This document shows, piece after piece, positions 49,528-63,665 of a stretch of 64,000 nt of DNA. The stretch is from Sphagnum compactum. Taxonomy: Eukaryota. The stretch is taken from assembly GCA_965153455.1 (NCBI GenBank), contig OZ234493.1:26526213-26590212 (forward strand), given 5' to 3'. Made by a program: the position numbers and the translations under genes. How positions within the stretch are numbered: the first letter of the stretch is position 1; each line of letters opens with the position of its first letter. The notes under the pieces were generated by a model. It saw nothing but the letters and a program-made list of their open reading frames with translations. It was not told the origin of the DNA and searched no databases.

Positions 49528-51079
49528 TATAGACCTTTACAAAGCAAGCTTCGGAGGTTTGCCCTCACATTGCTGCGAATTGGAACAACAGCTAACTGTG
49601 ATCACGTACAACGCCACATAGGCAGCACTACTGACTAATATTGTATTCCAAGATCTGGAACTATACTGACTTTTCATTCCAAGTCTTTGGAACTATGTAC
49701 AGATTGCTTGATCAAAGTTTGTGTTCTTGTGTTTTTCCCCTCTCAACACACAAGAAGATGCTCTGACTTGTAAGCTCTCCTCAGCCAAAGACCTTCAATT
49801 CTTGAAGCATCTACCATCTCATACCTTCGTTTTCAGAGAACTTGCATCGATAAGTTATTGTACTTGCAAGCAAAAATCTATGTCATAACATGAGTTCGAA
49901 TTTTATTCCGAGTGTTTAGAACCATGTGCAGATTGAGTGTTAGAAGTTTGTGTTCAAGTCTGTTATTCCCATGTCAACACACAAGAAGAAAAGATGTTCT
50001 CCTCAGCCAAGTCCTTCAATTCTTGAACCACCTGCCTCTCAATTCTTGAAGCATTTGTCTTTAATTCTTGAAGCTTCATTTTCCAGAAATCTTGCCTCTG
50101 TGAGTTGGTCAACTTTCAAGCAAAATCTATGGCATAACATGCCTCTGATTTTCCTGTCAAAAATACCCATTGCAGCAACTGGAACTACTCTTCTGACAAA
50201 ATTCAGATTTGCATGAACTATGTGCACTGAAAAATCACCCAAAAAAAATTCCTACAATAGTAAATTTTTGCTGCACAGGCAAAGAATTGGTAAATTGTCA
50301 TCTGGGGGGGTTGTCATGATGCATGCTCGGTGACCTTAGACACCAACATGTATTGCAATGACCAGCTACCATAACATCTCCACTCACTTCATCAGCTCCC
50401 TGCATGGGTGCAGTTCAAATGCTGGCTGCTTTGTTGCTCTTTTATTGTCATATCTATATCCTTCTTATAAATGAACATCCAGCTATTACTACATTTATCC
50501 ATGCAGCCATTAGAGAAAAAGCTGGATTCTTTCAAGTTCTTGAAGATTAAAAACTTTGTATCGGCTTTGCATTAAAAATGTGGAGAGCTGCTACATCTAA
50601 AGGAGATATGTCACAACAAATGGCAAAGCATGGAAATACCTTTTGTAGAGTGCGATGCTTACTCTCCAAGCACCTTGCAAGAACCCCTATAATGCCACCT
50701 AAAATCCCATGCCCTCCATACTATTAATCAAAATAGATGCCATCAAATTTGTCAGATGCAAGTCTACGGGACCTCCCCAAAAGACACCAGACCGCTTATA
50801 GGTTTCAGCATTCGGTATCCGGCTCCAATTTTGTAACGAAAACCGAAAAAGCGAAAAAAAATAAATCACCGGGTGATGAGAACGTTCGGTTGTAGGTGAT
50901 TAGCATCTAACGGTCAATTCCCGATCAGACGTAAGATAAAAGGAAGAGTTATGAAATGGTGAGTCCCCTTGACAGTTTGCATATTAACTTTTGCTTTCAG
51001 TCACTCAACAGTCAGAGATCGGACGGTGATGAGAACGTATCTAACGGACCGGACATAAAACCTAAAACCTAAAGGGGTC

Positions 51080-51145
51080 ACAAACAGATCGACGGTCACT
51101 GATTGACTGACAAACAGACCGACGGTCACTAACAGACTGACAGAC
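51080..51145. repeat. Helitron 5' subterminal tandem repeat, about 30-bp unit
   Basis: CAAACAGATCGACGGTCACTGATTGACTGA followed by CAAACAGACCGACGGTCACTAACAGACTGA. Confidence 0.8.
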
Positions 51146-54100
51146 TTAGTGAATTAATATATAGGATTCTATTATATCATTTTTATCCTCTTGTTCATAG
51201 GTCACACAAGAGGAGTGAGTTTACTCAAAATTTAATCATTCAAAGCCCCAACCAAGAGAAGGTTACATGGAATAATAATAACCCTCCAATCCTTCAATAT
51301 GAATCCAATTTTAACTATTAGACATAATATCCCTCCTCTCTTTTCTAGGAGGGATAATCATGGACATAAGGTGCCCTCAAAATAGTTACACTAGGAAAAT
51401 TCACCATCCAATTGCTTTACATAGGGAAAAAAAAATCTAATTTGTAAAGCTAATGGTTTTTAACTATTTCTATTTGGAAGCTCCTTTGGTTCTTATTACA
51501 GAATCAATCGAGATTGGGCTTGGTTCCATACATGTAAATGTGGATTTTTTATTTCTGGTTTCAGTAGTAGTTTTATTTTTGTAACATAATTCCAATTTTA
51601 CTATTTTGTAGGTGAAATTATTTTCCTAGTTGTTGAATATTTTATTAAATGATTTTGGCATATACCCTCTTCTTACCCATTCCAAAACAATGACTCTCCC
51701 TTGAGAAAGGATAAACCTAAAATATATATTAACTAAGTAGAGTAAAAAAAATATAAGTTTGAAATATTTACAAATTGGGTAAGATAATTAAAAATGTGGC
51801 CTCATTCATGAATTAAAGAGCCAACATGTAGCCTTAGGTAATCCTTAATCAATGTTTAAATAGCTGCAAAAAGTTTATGTGGTAATTTGGGATTGGCCTA
51901 ACAATGCTTAAATAATGATTAAATAAGGATTAAATAATATCAAAATGATTTTTAAAACACTACTAAACATTGGTTTAAAAATGATTTTTGATATTCATTG
52001 GAGTATTTTCAAATTTATCCAAATATGATATATTAAGAACATTGTTGTGTAAAAACTTGAAACATTCATGAAACTTGGAATTAAACATGATTTTAATTTC
52101 AACCTAAGTAGTGGTTATACATCAAGTGGTTCCTTAATTCATGAATGTACCTTGTGACAAATAAAATTACCAATATGGTAGGGTATATATTTACCCTATT
52201 ATATACCCACAAATATATCAAGGTGAAAGACTTGCCTACCCAACATTCATCTTGGATGTCTAGGTGTGACCTCATCACACCTCTTGTGTTGCCATTTTGG
52301 ACAAGGAACACATGACCTAGATTCATGAAAGTGGGTGGACATGTCAAAAGTATGGTTCAAGTTATGATGTTAATTTGATTTAAGAAGGGGCACATTTTCT
52401 TTTTGAAGTTTCAAAAGAATTGCTTGTAAAACATGTTGTTTGGAAATGTGGGAGAAAGCCATGAGTGTCTCAAAGTAATGCTTTCATTCCAAGATCAATT
52501 AGTTGTAGACCTTGTCATGTGTTCTCTATTATTATTCTTAGTCTTTGTGTTTTATTGAATATAGAAGTTATTGGTTTGCTTAGTTTAATGTTGTCTTTAG
52601 ATTTGGAAAGAAGGTCCACAACTTAGGTTTAACAATTATATGCAAGAATGTTTTTATTGTTTGTTCGGCATTAATAGAAGTTGTTAACAACATTTTCTAA
52701 GGTCATGCAACTATGTAATAAGCTAATTAGTTGGTGTGTTTGTTTGCAAATTTAAATCCTTGAACAAGTCTTGATGGGCTCATAGATGTACCAAGATGCT
52801 TTTCAAAAGCAAAATGTTGACCATGGCACTTTCATTGTTGTTGTCATGATGACAACCCAAGTTGTAAGAATAAGAACATCCAAATGGTTGAGGTGTAAAC
52901 ATTGTTATACATGCCTAGGTTTCGCCTTATGAAGTTAAGTAAATGCAACCCATGGAAACCAATGTTGACTAAGGTGTTCCAAGAAGGTATATATGTTTCA
53001 AAATGTCATCATTGCTACCCTAGGTAACAAGGTTTTTCACACCTCCATGTAGAAGAATGGGTGGTTTCTTTGATTAACTAATTCATGAGTGTAACATTTC
53101 TTTCAAAATGGTTGTAGGTAGGGGCTTCTTTTACTTGTCCACAATAGGCTTTGCCATCACACATCCGATGTTCTAAACCCTAAATTCCACACAAGACTCC
53201 ATGGGGTGTTGCAATTTACCAAGGTTGGATTCTATGTTTCAATGCTAATAAATCAGTCACAAAGACTTCAACATGGTGGAATCTAGTACATATAAGGTTT
53301 ACACAAGTGGTCATGTCATTTTGAATAGCATCATACCTATTAAATGTTGAAAACCCATCAAGGCCTATGGGTAGCCTATGGTTTTCATGCTACAATTTTA
53401 GGAGTGGCAAAGAAAGGATTATGGCCCATTTAAACAAAATGGGGCCTATTCAAAGTCGGGGTTCCAAAAAAAGGAAAAAGGACTCCATGACTTTTGTAGG
53501 GCTACCTTTTGCAAAAAAAATTTACTTGAAACAAATTTAAGTGAGAAAAATGGAATATTCCATTTTAAAATAATTCATGTGATGGTGTGATTTCTCATAT
53601 GTGTACATAATTGTGTATCAATATTTTGGTTTATGGCCATAAAAGCATAAAATCCCAAAATGAATTTAAATGGATAGCCAAACATGTTTTATAGCAAAAT
53701 TATTTCATGCACATGGACTTGCACCTAAAGCTACACATTTTGAACCCATTGAACATAATCTTTTGCCAAATGGTTAAAAGAATGAATACTTTGCCTTACA
53801 ACCCTTTCCTTCAAAATTTCAAGATTTGAAATTTTTATATGATTTGGTTTTCCATCAAATTCACACAATGAACATGTACTTTCATAAAAGGGGATATGTT
53901 TTTGTTGTACAATTTTTTTGAACTCAATTGTGTGACCTTATGCATTCCTTTTGATTATGTTTTTAAAAACTGCAATTTAAACATTTGATATAATTAGTTT
54001 AAAGGACTCAAAATGACATTTAAATAGTATCCAAATTATCTTAAAATATTTTTATTAATTTAAAAATACACCATTTTATTTATTGGCATACAACAATCCA

Positions 54101-54468
54101 CTATAACTATAATGATGTAAGATAAACAAAAATCCAAAGTTGTCCTCTGTAACCTTTTAAAAATAGGTCATTCCTTTTTGGTCCCCCCTCCGTGAATACA
54201 TCCGATGTATTTGTCAAAGCAAGCTCTACCTAACGTTGTTCTTGTTGCTATCAAGTACATCATTAGGGGCATGATGATGTTAAATTTAATCATCACCTTT
54301 TAACATGTGAGATTGAAATATGTGATAATGTGAGGAAAAACTCTTATTGATGTATGAATAAAAGGTTTTTTGATGAAGTTGAGAAGAGGATCAACCCCCT
54401 AACACCTTTTTTTCTCAAAACAAAAAAAAGATGATGGGATTTTACAAAAAATTGTGCAAGTTGAAAAT

Positions 54469-54877
54469 TGTTGAGTTTTGTGTCAAGGTGACCTGCTTAC
54501 AACAGGAGCTAAAAGAGGCACAAGACCTAATGTAGTCAAATGCGCAAAATGAACAATTACAAGATATAGTGGGACAAATAAAAGAGAAGGTGCAATATAT
54601 GGAAGACAATAGATTCAACAGATTGAAAGTCACCCTTTATATAGGTTAGGTGGTTTTTACTAGTAACTAACTTGTAGTTACATAACATTAGGATGAATTA
54701 ATCCAAATACTAACTACTCATGAACTAGTAGGTAATTCAAATATTAACTTGCTCTCTAATGAAATGACATTTATAAAATTATTAGTTAAAAAGTACAAAA
54801 ATCAAACTTGTACCTAATACATGTTTAACTAATAATATAATAACTAATTAGTTAACCATTTAAAAATATGGTTAACA
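54469..54877. mobile_element. Probable solo LTR abutting or nested in the LINE relic
   Basis: TGTTGA...TTAACA termini. Shares motifs with 132-555. LINE reverse-transcriptase-like sequence begins immediately after it. The TSD is imperfect. Confidence 0.4.
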
Positions 54878-57800
54878 ATATTCTCCCCAAAAGATTCACT
54901 TGCCAAATAAATCAAGTTGTGTTAATTGCTCTAACGATTAAAGCAAAATTGTTCAAAGCTATTAAGTCTATGGTTGAAGGGAAAACTCTTGGCCATGATG
55001 GGATAATGGTGGAGTTTTTTGTGAGGTTTTGGCATGTCATTGACATGAACTACACGTAAACAATTTTTGATTTTGTCATCAAGGGTAGATTCCCTTTGGG
55101 GGTCAATCAAAATTTCATTAATTGTTATTATTTAAAGGTGGGGTGCAAGGAGTTAATGGACAATTGGCACTTGATTATTAAATGTTCAATGTAGCATATA
55201 AAGTGTTTGTAAAAGCCTTACAACTTCAACTCCAACCCATCTTGCCAAGGGTTATTGACAACAATCAAATGACTTTTCTACCTTGACACTGTTTTCTTAA
55301 CACACAAAAAATTTGATTAAGCTAACTAAATGATCAAAGCAAGATTTGGTATACCTTAAACTATATTTTCCCAAGGCCTATGATAAGGCTTCTTGAAGTT
55401 TTTTGTTTGCAACTATTGAGAACCTAGGAATAGCACTTGGATTTGTTAATATGGCCAAGATGTTCTTAGGATATTGCAGATGTTGCGATTTATTTCAATG
55501 GTGAGGTCACATCTTCATTTTCAATCCAATGAGGCATTAAACAAGGGTGCCCTTTTGCCAAATGTACTTTTTCCTCCTAGTAGGATAAATTTTTAACATT
55601 TTATTCAAGTAAGTTATGGCCAAAAGCAAAGTTCGAAGCATTAGAATGCTTAATAGGCTTAAAGAACAATTATTTCCCCAATATGTCAACAACACATTAC
55701 TTTCACTAGTAGGAGTAAAGTAGAACATAAATAATGTAATGGACTTGTTCAATTTCTTTTAGAAAATTTGGGGTTAGAGGTCATCTAGGCAAAGAATTTG
55801 GCTAGTGGTACAAGGTGCAATGTTTTTGACCATGTTCGCTATCTAAGCATGGCCAATAGTGGACAACTAATGGTGAACTTTCCAAACTTCTAGGGAGTCC
55901 ATTTGGTCTCAATTTGGACACTTAAAAGGATGTTGATTTTTTTGTTGGATAAGCTTAAAGCTTAACTATTAGAAATCAATCCACTTATACTAGTAACTCA
56001 ATCAAGGTCATAGTAGTCAACTTTATTCTTACTTCCACAGTATGGTATTCCTATTTATTTGGGCAAGTTTGGTCAAGAACATTCGTAAGTGTCATGCCAA
56101 GTTGTTCAAGAACTTTCTTTAGAATGGACTATGACATAACATTAAAAAAGAATGAAATGAGGTGACCAATTTGTATGAAACAATTGTGGTGGATTGAGCT
56201 TAGTTGATATAAAGGAGGCTATGAATGCCCTCCTTTGTAAATGGATATAATAATGACTTTGAAGCTTGGTGATTCCAATCTCAAAACCTTCCTCAACTAC
56301 AAAATGAATACGTTTTGACTCTCCAAGCATAAAAGTTGGGTTCTTAACGTGCATTGGATTTTAGTGCCCAATCATGTTTCAACAACTAGCTTTGGAGCTT
56401 GAAGTAAGATTGTTAAAACATGTAATTAAAATGTTCAAGACTGTGCATCAAATTCCACCAATTTTGCGAGTTCTATCTGAGTGTAGAAATTGGAATATCA
56501 ATTCATAGGCAAAAGCACTCCACCATGTAAAATCGAGAAAGATTGAAAATTTCTAGGATCCTTGAACCAAAAGTTTTATGGAATGGGACTATATTAAGTC
56601 TAAATTTGGTCTTGACAACGAAAAATATCATGGTACACAGTAAGTTGAAATTTTGATGAAATCCTTTGGTTATCTTAAACAAAAATTTAAAAAACTTAAA
56701 AATTTGCACATGACAACATTTTGAAACTTGAAGTTCATTTTGAGTTAAAATTAATTTCAATCCAATGGTTAAATGAAAAGGATTGGATAAATTCAATTTG
56801 TATATAAAATATATAACTTACATTTTTTCAATGGCTATAAGGCCTCATGTTTATGATTCATGAAAAGTTACCAAATAAAAGCAAAATAAAAATTAATGCA
56901 AAGCCTCCCTCTAAAATTTCCTCTTCTTTCATATGGCAGTGGTTTTTTCCTAAAAAGAAAAGATTGTCATGCATTTGTAGACAAGTGTAAAGGAAGAAAA
57001 ATTTTGAATGGATTTTCAACCAATTTTTTTTTAATTCTAAATGGTTTTAGATTTAATTGATGTATATCAATGCCATCCACCACAAAAAAAATTCAACAAA
57101 AAATTCCACCTACAACCTTAGTTTTGAAGTATATATAATTTTTCATACTTTATGACAAGTATTATTTCATCACATATATATTCCATACATTCAATTTCTT
57201 CAAGGTTGTTGTTTAAAGAAAAATTGATTAAATTAAATCTAAATCAAATCAAATATACTTAAAACAAGCCAAAAAATCCAATATGTGATCTCCATATATT
57301 ACTAAAAAAACTAAATGTAGAAATATTGTATTTGTGACAACAATTTTTGGGTTTAGGGTGCTATGCCCAATTGTAGATTTCCAACTAGGTAGGTGTCAGC
57401 TAGGTATGTAGATTCTATCAATTCTTGAAGTCTTGATGTTTTCAATTAATACCAATTTTGCAACCACCCTTCAAGAAAAATGTTTAAGTAGTAAGGAGAA
57501 AGTTGGATATTCTAGAAGGATTAGGGTCATAACAATGAAAAAAGGTCCAATAAATCATAGTTTTCACTTCTACTATAGACCTTTTGCTTCTTTAGGCTTT
57601 GGTCCAAACTTGTGGTATTGGAAGGATGGGACCCCATTCATGTTGCATACCTTTGGGAGAAGGCGAATGTTGTTGAATAAAAGGGAAGGATTGCCTAAAC
57701 CCCTTATGGAGAAATGGCAATCATTTGATTGCATCCCCAAAATAAACTAAAACTATTTGCGGCAAAGGCAACATGCAAAAAAATACACTAACTTTATGTG

Positions 57801-58150
57801 GTCTATTTTACCTAAAGTGGTGGTGGTCAACTCATGGAAAGGTAAGATAACTAAGGATGTTCATCTTACCTACACATAATGCAACATAACCATTGTTGAA
57901 TGCACTTGACATAGGTTCTTCAAATGTCCTAGAATGTGTATAGCTTGGGTGTGGGCAACATTTATCATGTACTTCATGGTACATCCTCCAATTGCTTTGT
58001 TGCACATGCAATATTCAACAATGCCTCTTCTAGAAGAAACTACTAAAGTTAATTTAGAAGTTTGCTCCCATGTGGACACTACTCAAAGGTGTGGTTGCCT
58101 AGAATATATCGATGGAGTGGGATGATGTTATTTTTTCAAAACTCTCTTCA
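54878..58150 (+). mobile_element. Decayed L1-type LINE ORF2 (reverse transcriptase) relic, interrupted at about 56500-57350
   Basis: Fragments occur in canonical order: LFKAIKSMVEGKTLGHDGIMVEFFVRFW (KSPGPDG motif), NVAYKVFVKALQLQLQPILPRVIDNNQMTFLP, KLYFPKAYDK, GIKQGCP, QYVNNT (decayed YxDD), and later HRFFKCP (C-terminal zinc-knuckle-like). Many stops and frameshifts. Confidence 0.8.
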
Positions 58151-61100
58151 TTCTAATTACATCTTAAGTTTCAGATTTTAAAAGGCCTAATTGACTATGG
58201 AAAGTTTCATTTGGAAGCATACCTTGCAAATCATTGGTATTTGCTATTAAAAATAACTAAGTTTACTTTGGTAGGCTATGGTGCCCTCATTTTTCTTTAT
58301 GCCCAAGGGGTAGGTTAGATGTGAGATGGAATTTTTAACTTCCTAAGTTAATTACTTTTGTTAATTAGGTTGGTGTTCTTGCTAGGGATTAACTTTCTCC
58401 CTTGGCTTTTATTGTATTGTGATTTTGTTTCTTAATGCAATGGCCTTGTGCTAGTTGTCTTGCCAAAAGTGTTATTTGAAAAAATGGCGTAGATATTATT
58501 CAAAAAATAGTCAATCCATCATAAAAAAAGGTTTAATGTTGAAGGTGAAGGTGGCAATTTGGCAAGCTTAAATGTGGCAAAAGTTAGAAACTTTATATGG
58601 CCAAAGGATATAACCTTAGATCTACCTTAGGATCTTTTAATTTATAATTAACAAGAACTACACACTTGAATTCATCAACATAAAAGCTTTCTATTTTAAC
58701 TTATTTTGAATCCCCTGATTTGAAAAAAATGTCCTTTCAATTATTTGTATTTATTTTTCTAGTTACAATTATTCCTCCAAACACTAAAGGCCAAGGATTG
58801 AAGCTTCTTCATAAATATGAAATACTAACCTTTTAAATGGTGTTCGGAAAATTCTTTTACATCGACACTTGTTAAATATTCATCCCCATGATAGAAACAT
58901 CATTTTCCCATAATGGAATTCTCAAAACCTTGCTTTCTTTCATACTTAATTGCATACCTGATTGCTATAACAAACATATGTTGAATGTTCTTATTCATAA
59001 CTCAACAAATTTTTATTTTTATTTTTGCACAATTAAGAGACTTAACTTCAACAACGGCCCTTCCATTGAACATTTCTTATATAATCTATTCACCACAAAT
59101 GCTAGGGCACAAATGCTAATCCCTTATGAAATAACATAATCATTAATCATAATGTGGACATTGTGTTACATCATTCACAATCTTCTCTTAATGCCCCAAA
59201 CCCATGCATCTCATTTGAGTCATGACTTAGCTTTTAGTTGTCATCATATCCTATCCACATTCCAATCTTTATTACCACATACATTGCAAATAGCTTATAA
59301 AGGTTGTGCATTGAAAATAATACAAGGAAGTAGCATCTACAAAATATGTCTATTGAAAAACAAAACATGAGCACACATATCCCTAGAACATTGAAATCTC
59401 CCTTCATGTATCTATTGGAAAAATGTTTGCACATTCTTCTTGTCCTCCTTCACAACAACTCTCCTCCACACAAACTATCTCACTACAATCACTAGCTTTT
59501 TTATTTCTTACAAGTTCCCGTACAGCTCCATTCCAAAAATAAAAAACCAACATCATCTACACACGAACAAAAAGACAGAACACTCAATTTGCAATCCCAT
59601 CCACTCTTGAAAGCTTCATTGCACTTTCCTTTCAAAAGCTTCCAATGAAGGAGAGGGGACAATCATTTTGATAATTCTTGACCTTTAATCAAAAGTAGAT
59701 GTGATCATTAAAAAACCTTAATCCAACTCTTTTCATACTATCAACAATTTCCATGCCATTTGATTTTTAGAACATTTTGAGCTACATTTTGTTGGATATT
59801 TACAACCTTTACAATTGAATGTATTAACAAGTAATGTTTCTCTTCACAATTTTATGATGTATATGAAATGGCATGTATCCATAAGAAGTTTTAGCTAAAT
59901 TTGGCTATAAATGAGACATGAAATAAAAATAAAAATAAAAATTTAAGCATCCTTTGACATTCATGGTTCCCTACTAGAACTTGATATGGAAATTTACCTA
60001 CATGTATGAGTTTTATTCCAAATTTTGTTGATGGAATACCCCCAAAAGCCATTTTAAAAAAAAATTAGATTCCTTCACATATTTACATAGTTAATTAATT
60101 CCTTGGTGTTAGATTTGCACTGAGGTAGTAAAAGGGGATAGATTAAAGAATAAACTTATCCTAATGTTTTCTCATCCACCCATAAAAACGTAACTTGGCA
60201 AATGATACAGCATTGGGTTTAAGAGGTCGATAAATGTGTTGGGATATCTTATCCAAGGAACAAATATCTTCATTTAGGAAACCCTAAGGATTTTTTTCTA
60301 AATATCCTAGGGTTAGGTTAGTGTGTAATAAGGAGGTGAGTTTGACCCTTGATTTCAAAAGGTTAAAATAACCCCACATGTTCCCAAGAAGTTCTAATGT
60401 TGTTCTTGTTGGCATACCCTCATTGATTTAAGAAACCAAAGAGAAAATGGGGAAGGGGAGATGTCGGGGAATTTTTTGGGCAATTGGAATAAACTTTCTC
60501 AATCTGCCCCAAAAAAATAAGGCACCTTGGAAACATTTTGTTTCATGCCCCCGTTGAAGCCCAAGTGTACTTTTCTTTTTCCTGTTTTTCGAAATCTCAT
60601 CCCCTATGTGACCAAACAGGGGGTTCCGGTGCCGTCTTTTCCTGACTTTACGGAATATAACTTTACTATCTTCCATTATTTTGGTGTGTTCCTCCATGCA
60701 ATTTTAACAACTATAAAAGGGCAGTACGACGATAGCCACACAAAGAAAACCAGTGGAAAACCTGAGGAATAATGGGTTGGAGAGTGGCTCCAGCATATAG
60801 ACCATTGAGGTCATCAAATGCATTTGCACCATCCAATTCTCGCAATGTGGATGGTTCAACAGAGGCTGCAAATCACCTCATCATACTATTTTTATCTATC
60901 TACTTTTAGTGATTTGCACAAGGATTATTTACTCCTTAGATTTTAGTCATTATAATCCCCAAGTCAAATCAAGAGAGGGTTTAGAAATAGTGACAAGCTG
61001 GCTGGTACCTTCCACTGCAGAAAATCCTGCTTGCTGACAACAGGTTTCTTCAGGCAGGTAATGGAGCTGAACTTACAAAGGAAAAATCCAGGCAGGCAGT

Positions 61101-61692
61101 GCTTTACGGAATCAAAATATATGCCTACTAACCTAACCCTTGGAGTGAATCCAGAGAGTGCAAGCAAGATTTTACTATGGTTTGGAGTTTATTCTCAAGT
61201 TCTATAGCAGGGCCAGATCTTCTACCTTTTAGTAAGTTAGTGGGACCAGACGTTCCTCCATTCTCCCAACACCCTCCTGGAATCCCTTGAAGAGGGCAGA
61301 GCAATACAATTGTGCAGGGTGGAGGAACCACATAGGCCAGTGGTATATTCATTTCTCCTTTCAAGATAAAAATGGGTTTTTTTCGAAAGGTGTGTGTTGT
61401 GCACTGTTCCTCATTCTAGAAATCCAAAAAGGACGTCTACTACAATTGATCTATTGAATTACATGCCATCACTGGGCACCCTAATTCACGGGAGTTTTGG
61501 ACATTCCATTCAAAGGGAGTAGTAGCCTATGTTTTGGAACCAACATTTGCTCATATGTTACTCAGATCCTGCCAATGGGGATGGATTAGCAGGATGATTT
61601 CAGGGTATCCAACCACACTCAGATTCACAAATATTTAAAAATTTCCAGGTGATCACTTTATTCTCCAACCTTTTTGGCAAGGTGGTGTAGGC

Positions 61693-61722
<30 letters not shown>
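61693..61722. repeat. (TAG)n microsatellite
   Basis: About 10 TAG units. Confidence 0.95.
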
Positions 61723-61728
<6 letters not shown>

Positions 61729-61949
61729 GACCCAATTACATGTTTGATTCTTACCATTGAAAACAAGTAAACCTCCCAAGATAAGAGCAGCTCCACCAAC
61801 ACATTGATTTGCACAGCAGAAGCACTCAATTGGATGATGCAAAGGAAAAACTTATCTTTTGCAATCTCAGTTTCATGTTTATAGGTGGGTCTTGGGAATG
61901 ATTTAAATAAATCATCTTTGAATGGAGAAAGATTGTTGGAGGCTTAATA

Positions 61950-63500
61950 ACTCAAATGGCCTTTTTTTTTTGGCTGAAGCACCACAGCAGACTGCAATCT
62001 GTTGGAGCGTGTTGAAGTCCAATCGAACGCAATTGGTCCTCAATAGGGCATCTCTTCATATTGCTTTTGTACTTTTGAGGTATAATGACAATTTTTGAGA
62101 CATGAGATTCATTCATGCTTGGCCAGAGTAGGATCCATAACACACTCAGCCACTTGTCTCCTCTTGACCATTTCCAACATTTGCAAATTGCTATCCACAT
62201 GTGGAGTCTCATCTAGTTAACTGTCAGCTAGCTTTTATTTGCTTCCTCCCCTTCTCAAATACTTTATATGGCATGATTCAGCTATCCTGCATAAAGAACT
62301 TGCTTGAAGCTGCTGAACTTGTGGGGGCAACCAAGTTTGAATCCATTCAAGGAAGAATCAGGAGCATTTGTGAAAAGTGTGAAGATTAGTACTTATGAGG
62401 CACCTCCCGGTTCACCAAATTGCAAAGGCATCAAATTGGTGGGCATGGGTGTTAAAGCATACGTTGTATACTTGCAACTCAAAAAACCTGCATTGAACAA
62501 TTGCGATGATTTTCACCCTGGTGGATTTTCATCAAATTTCTACATGAAAAATAGAATTTCGACTGATACAAAGGATTTTTCATGCAACAGATATGCCCAC
62601 ATCTCCCCAGATTGCCAGAGTTTTATCTAAGTTCCAGTAGGTAGTCAAGAATATAGAAGGATCCATTTTTTGAAAAAACCTCTTATGTCTGGTATGTAGC
62701 CATGAATAAATGTTTTCTTTGGCTACATCACAAAATTGGCAGAAAAGACACTGGGAACAAGGTTTATTATTGTAGTGCCTAACCTCACACACGAGTCCTG
62801 GAAGAATGGTTAGGCAAGAAAAAGGTAGCTACACACGCGACCCTTGTGTGACAGAATTTTTGCAGGTCAAATAAGAAGAAAACAACAGTAGAATTGGGTT
62901 GAATCCAAAGTCTCTCACATCCCCACCATCATTATCATCATGAAGGAGATCATATCATTCATTCTTTGGTAGACGCAGAGATGGAAACTATTGGATTATA
63001 CGGTTGGAATTTTGCACCCAAACAAACTGAAGATCCGCAGGAGAAGCTGAACTCCCAACGTGGTGCGATAAAATTCCCCAATTTGGCATTACTGGTGGCC
63101 ATGTGGCAATCTCCAGTAATTTGAAGTACATGTCTCCAAGATTCTCTGCCTTGAGAAAAGTGTGGATGGATAAAAAAGGAACCTATTGCTATTTTTGCTG
63201 CCATAGCTAGAGATTGGACCAATTGATTTCAGATATAATTTTGCACGACTGGATTTAGAATAACATTTCTTGCGAGTTTTGTCATGTCAACTCTCGGATC
63301 ACTGAAGACAGGCCTTTTGGTGGCCAGACCGACCATAGAGTGGTGGAGTGACCTGAGGAGGTCTTCACCAAACTGTGAGCATTGGAGGATTGCTCATGCC
63401 TAGGCTCAGGGAGTAATGCCTTCTTGGAGGGGCATTGTCCACCCCAATGACAACCATTCTGAACACACACCCATGGACAAACACTTCAATATCTTTCTCA
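61950..63500 (-). pseudogene. Decayed coding sequence, possibly a Mutator-like DDE transposase
   Basis: Long protein-like minus-strand frames with scattered stops: ..VFFLFDLQKFCHTRV.., LFCQFCDVAKENIYSWLH..YWNLDKTLAIWG, VCFNTHAHQF, EWIQTWLPP..IAESCHIKYLRRGG. The D..D..C/H..E order is only reminiscent of MULE transposases, so the family call is tentative. Confidence 0.35.
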
Positions 63501-63665
63501 TTTCTTGTCTGTTTTAGTCATCTACACAGTTGTGGGTGCGTCAAGCGAAGCTTTACATAACCTCTTTCAACTCCAAAGACAAAGGAATAACAAAGAAAAT
63601 CACAAAGCATGTCCAAATCATAGTGTGTTTTCAAGAAAATGACTTTATTATGTCTAGATCTCATA

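Larger units (their letters stand above)
40510..51166 (-). mobile_element. Helitron (formerly autonomous, now defective)
   Basis: The minus-strand 5' end reads A|TCCTATATATTAATTCACTAAGTCTGTCAGTCTG (51166). The putative 3' end reads ...CGTCACGGGTAACCTTAATCTTG|T (40510). Removing the element leaves an AT target with no TSD. It encodes RepHel. The 5' end is well supported; the 3' end less so. Confidence 0.85.
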
